From: Ramlibacter sp.
Lineage (GTDB): Bacteria > Pseudomonadota > Gammaproteobacteria > Burkholderiales > Burkholderiaceae_C
Direction of reading: 5' to 3'
DNA length: 64,000 bases
NCBI GenBank assembly: GCA_035460205.1
Contig: DATHWV010000066.1
Coordinates: forward strand, 33,411 to 97,410
Part shown: positions 62,825 through 64,000 of the stretch, piece by piece
Layout of the letters: every line of letters starts with the position of its first letter
Numbering within the stretch: the first letter of the stretch is position 1
Translations under genes and position numbers: made by a program
The notes under the pieces: model-generated
What the model saw: the letters and a program-made list of their open reading frames with translations, nothing else
The model's database searches: none
Told to the model about the DNA's origin: nothing

Positions 62825-63682
62825 TCAGTCCTTCCAGTCGACCCAGCCGCCCCAGGCGCTCAGCAGCACCAGGCCGCCGAAGGCGATGCGGTACCAGGCG
62901 AACACGGTGAAGTCGTGCGTCGACACGTAGCGGATCAGCCAGCGGATGCAGACCAGCGCGCTGAGGAAGGCGAACACCACGCCGACCGCGAACACCGGCA
63001 GGTCGCCCCAGCTCAGCAGGTCGCGCTGCTTGATCAGCGAGTAGGCGCCGGCGCCCATCAGCGTCGGGATGCCGAGGAAGAAGCTGAATTCGGTGGCCGC
63101 CTTGCGCGAAAAGCCGAACAGCATCGCGCCGATGATGGTGGCGCCCGAGCGACTGGTGCCCGGGATCAGCGCCGCGCACTGGACCAGGCCGACCTTCAGC
63201 GCGTCGAGGGCGCTCATGTCGTCGATCGTCTCGACACGCGCCACGCGCCCGCCCTCGAGGTCGCGCCCGCCGAACAGCGCCCGGTGGCGACGCTCGACCC
63301 ACAGGATGATCAGGCCGCCGACCACGAAGGCCGTCGCCACCGGCACCGGATGGAACAGGTGCTCCTTGATCAGCCCGCCCAGCGCGAGGCCGAACACCAC
63401 TGCCGGCACGAAGGCGATCAGCAGGTTGCGCACGAAGCGCTGCGCCACCGACTGGTGTGTGATGCCGGCCACCGTGGCCCTCAGGCGCACCCGGTACTCC
63501 CAGATCACGGCGAACATCGCACCGGTCTGGATCGCGATGTCGAACACCTTCACCATCTCGCCGGTGAAGTTGAGCAGCGACGCGGTCAGGATCAGGTGCC
63601 CGGTGCTCGAGATCGGCAGGAACTCGGTCAGTCCCTCGACGATGCCCATGATCGCGGCCTTGACGAGCAGCAGGATGTCCAA
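62825..63682 (-). CDS. uppP: Undecaprenyl-diphosphate phosphatase (BacA)
   Basis: [43 protein letters not shown]. Confidence 0.97.
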   Translation of the reverse strand: MDILLLVKAAIMGIVEGLTEFLPISSTGHLILTASLLNFTGEMVKVFDIAIQTGAMFAVIWEYRVRLRATVAGITHQSVAQRFVRNLLIAFVPAVVFGLALGGLIKEHLFHPVPVATAFVVGGLIILWVERRHRALFGGRDLEGGRVARVETIDDMSALDALKVGLVQCAALIPGTSRSGATIIGAMLFGFSRKAATEFSFFLGIPTLMGAGAYSLIKQRDLLSWGDLPVFAVGVVFAFLSALVCIRWLIRYVSTHDFTVFAWYRIAFGGLVLLSAWGGWVDWKD

Positions 63683-63883
63683 GAAAACGTCTCCGGTGCG
63701 GCAAAGCGATCGATGTTAGCCGCCGACCCTGCCGGGCTTCTGAGCTCGGCGCCCCCGGCTCACGCGATTGCAGGGATGCGTGAAGGCTTCATCGATCTTT
63801 ACCGGATCGCCACCGGCGAGGCACAGTCGCGGCGGCGCACACCGGCATCCTGGGCGCTGCGCTCAGGATCTGCAGCGCCTGGT

Positions 63884-63933
63884 TTGACCCTCCCCCCGGG
63901 CCGGCGCTACATTAATGACCGATCAGTCAGTAA
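63884..63933 (+). promoter_or_regulatory. Sigma70-type promoter (TTGACC-18 nt-TACATT) with an overlapping imperfect inverted repeat, probable TetR autoregulatory operator
   Basis: TTAATGACCGATCAGTCAGTAA (63912-63933) lies between the -10 box and the ATG at 63938. Confidence 0.6.
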
Positions 63934-63937
63934 AACC

Positions 63938-64000
63938 ATGTCACGAGCCGCCGATCCCCTCCCCTCCACGCGCCAGCGGCGCAAGGAAGCACGCCCGCAG
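63938..64000 (+). CDS. TetR/AcrR-family regulator, N-terminal fragment cut by the window
   Basis: MSRAADPLPSTRQRRKEARPQ; RRKEARP is a common TetR N-terminal lead-in. Only 21 codons are visible. Confidence 0.6.
   Translation, partial: MSRAADPLPSTRQRRKEARPQ

Overview
GC-rich window from a Burkholderiales-type betaproteobacterium (Rubrivivax/Ideonella/Methylibium-like; inferred from gene content and order). Positions 1-41 kb hold mostly housekeeping and metabolic genes: tamA-tamB, a GntR regulator and an aldo/keto reductase, tRNA-Arg(CCT), ctpA, a MoeB/ThiF enzyme, a LOG-family protein, arginase, YgiQ, phoD, a complete five-step histidine utilisation cluster with a HutC operator, a PAS-kinase/REC/REC-REC-PAS-GGDEF-EAL module, and clsB-EEP-nudB. 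Positions 41-46 kb hold aspS-DUF502-FmdB and ubiJ-ubiB. Positions 46-62 kb are a Wzx-type exopolysaccharide locus containing two unusual lipoproteins, one with a (Ala-Pro)50 stalk and one with tandem lectin-like repeats plus a beta-helix. The window ends with a doubly deleted LysR gene, uppP and the start of a TetR gene. The best candidate for an undescribed system is a translationally coupled two-gene cassette between phoD and hutH, encoding a Schlafen/AlbA_2-HATPase_c_4 protein and an orphan ParA-type ATPase; it looks like an anti-phage or toxin-antitoxin module. Codon usage also switches abruptly inside aspS, so the window may join two genomes. All family assignments come from motif recognition by eye; no searches were run.
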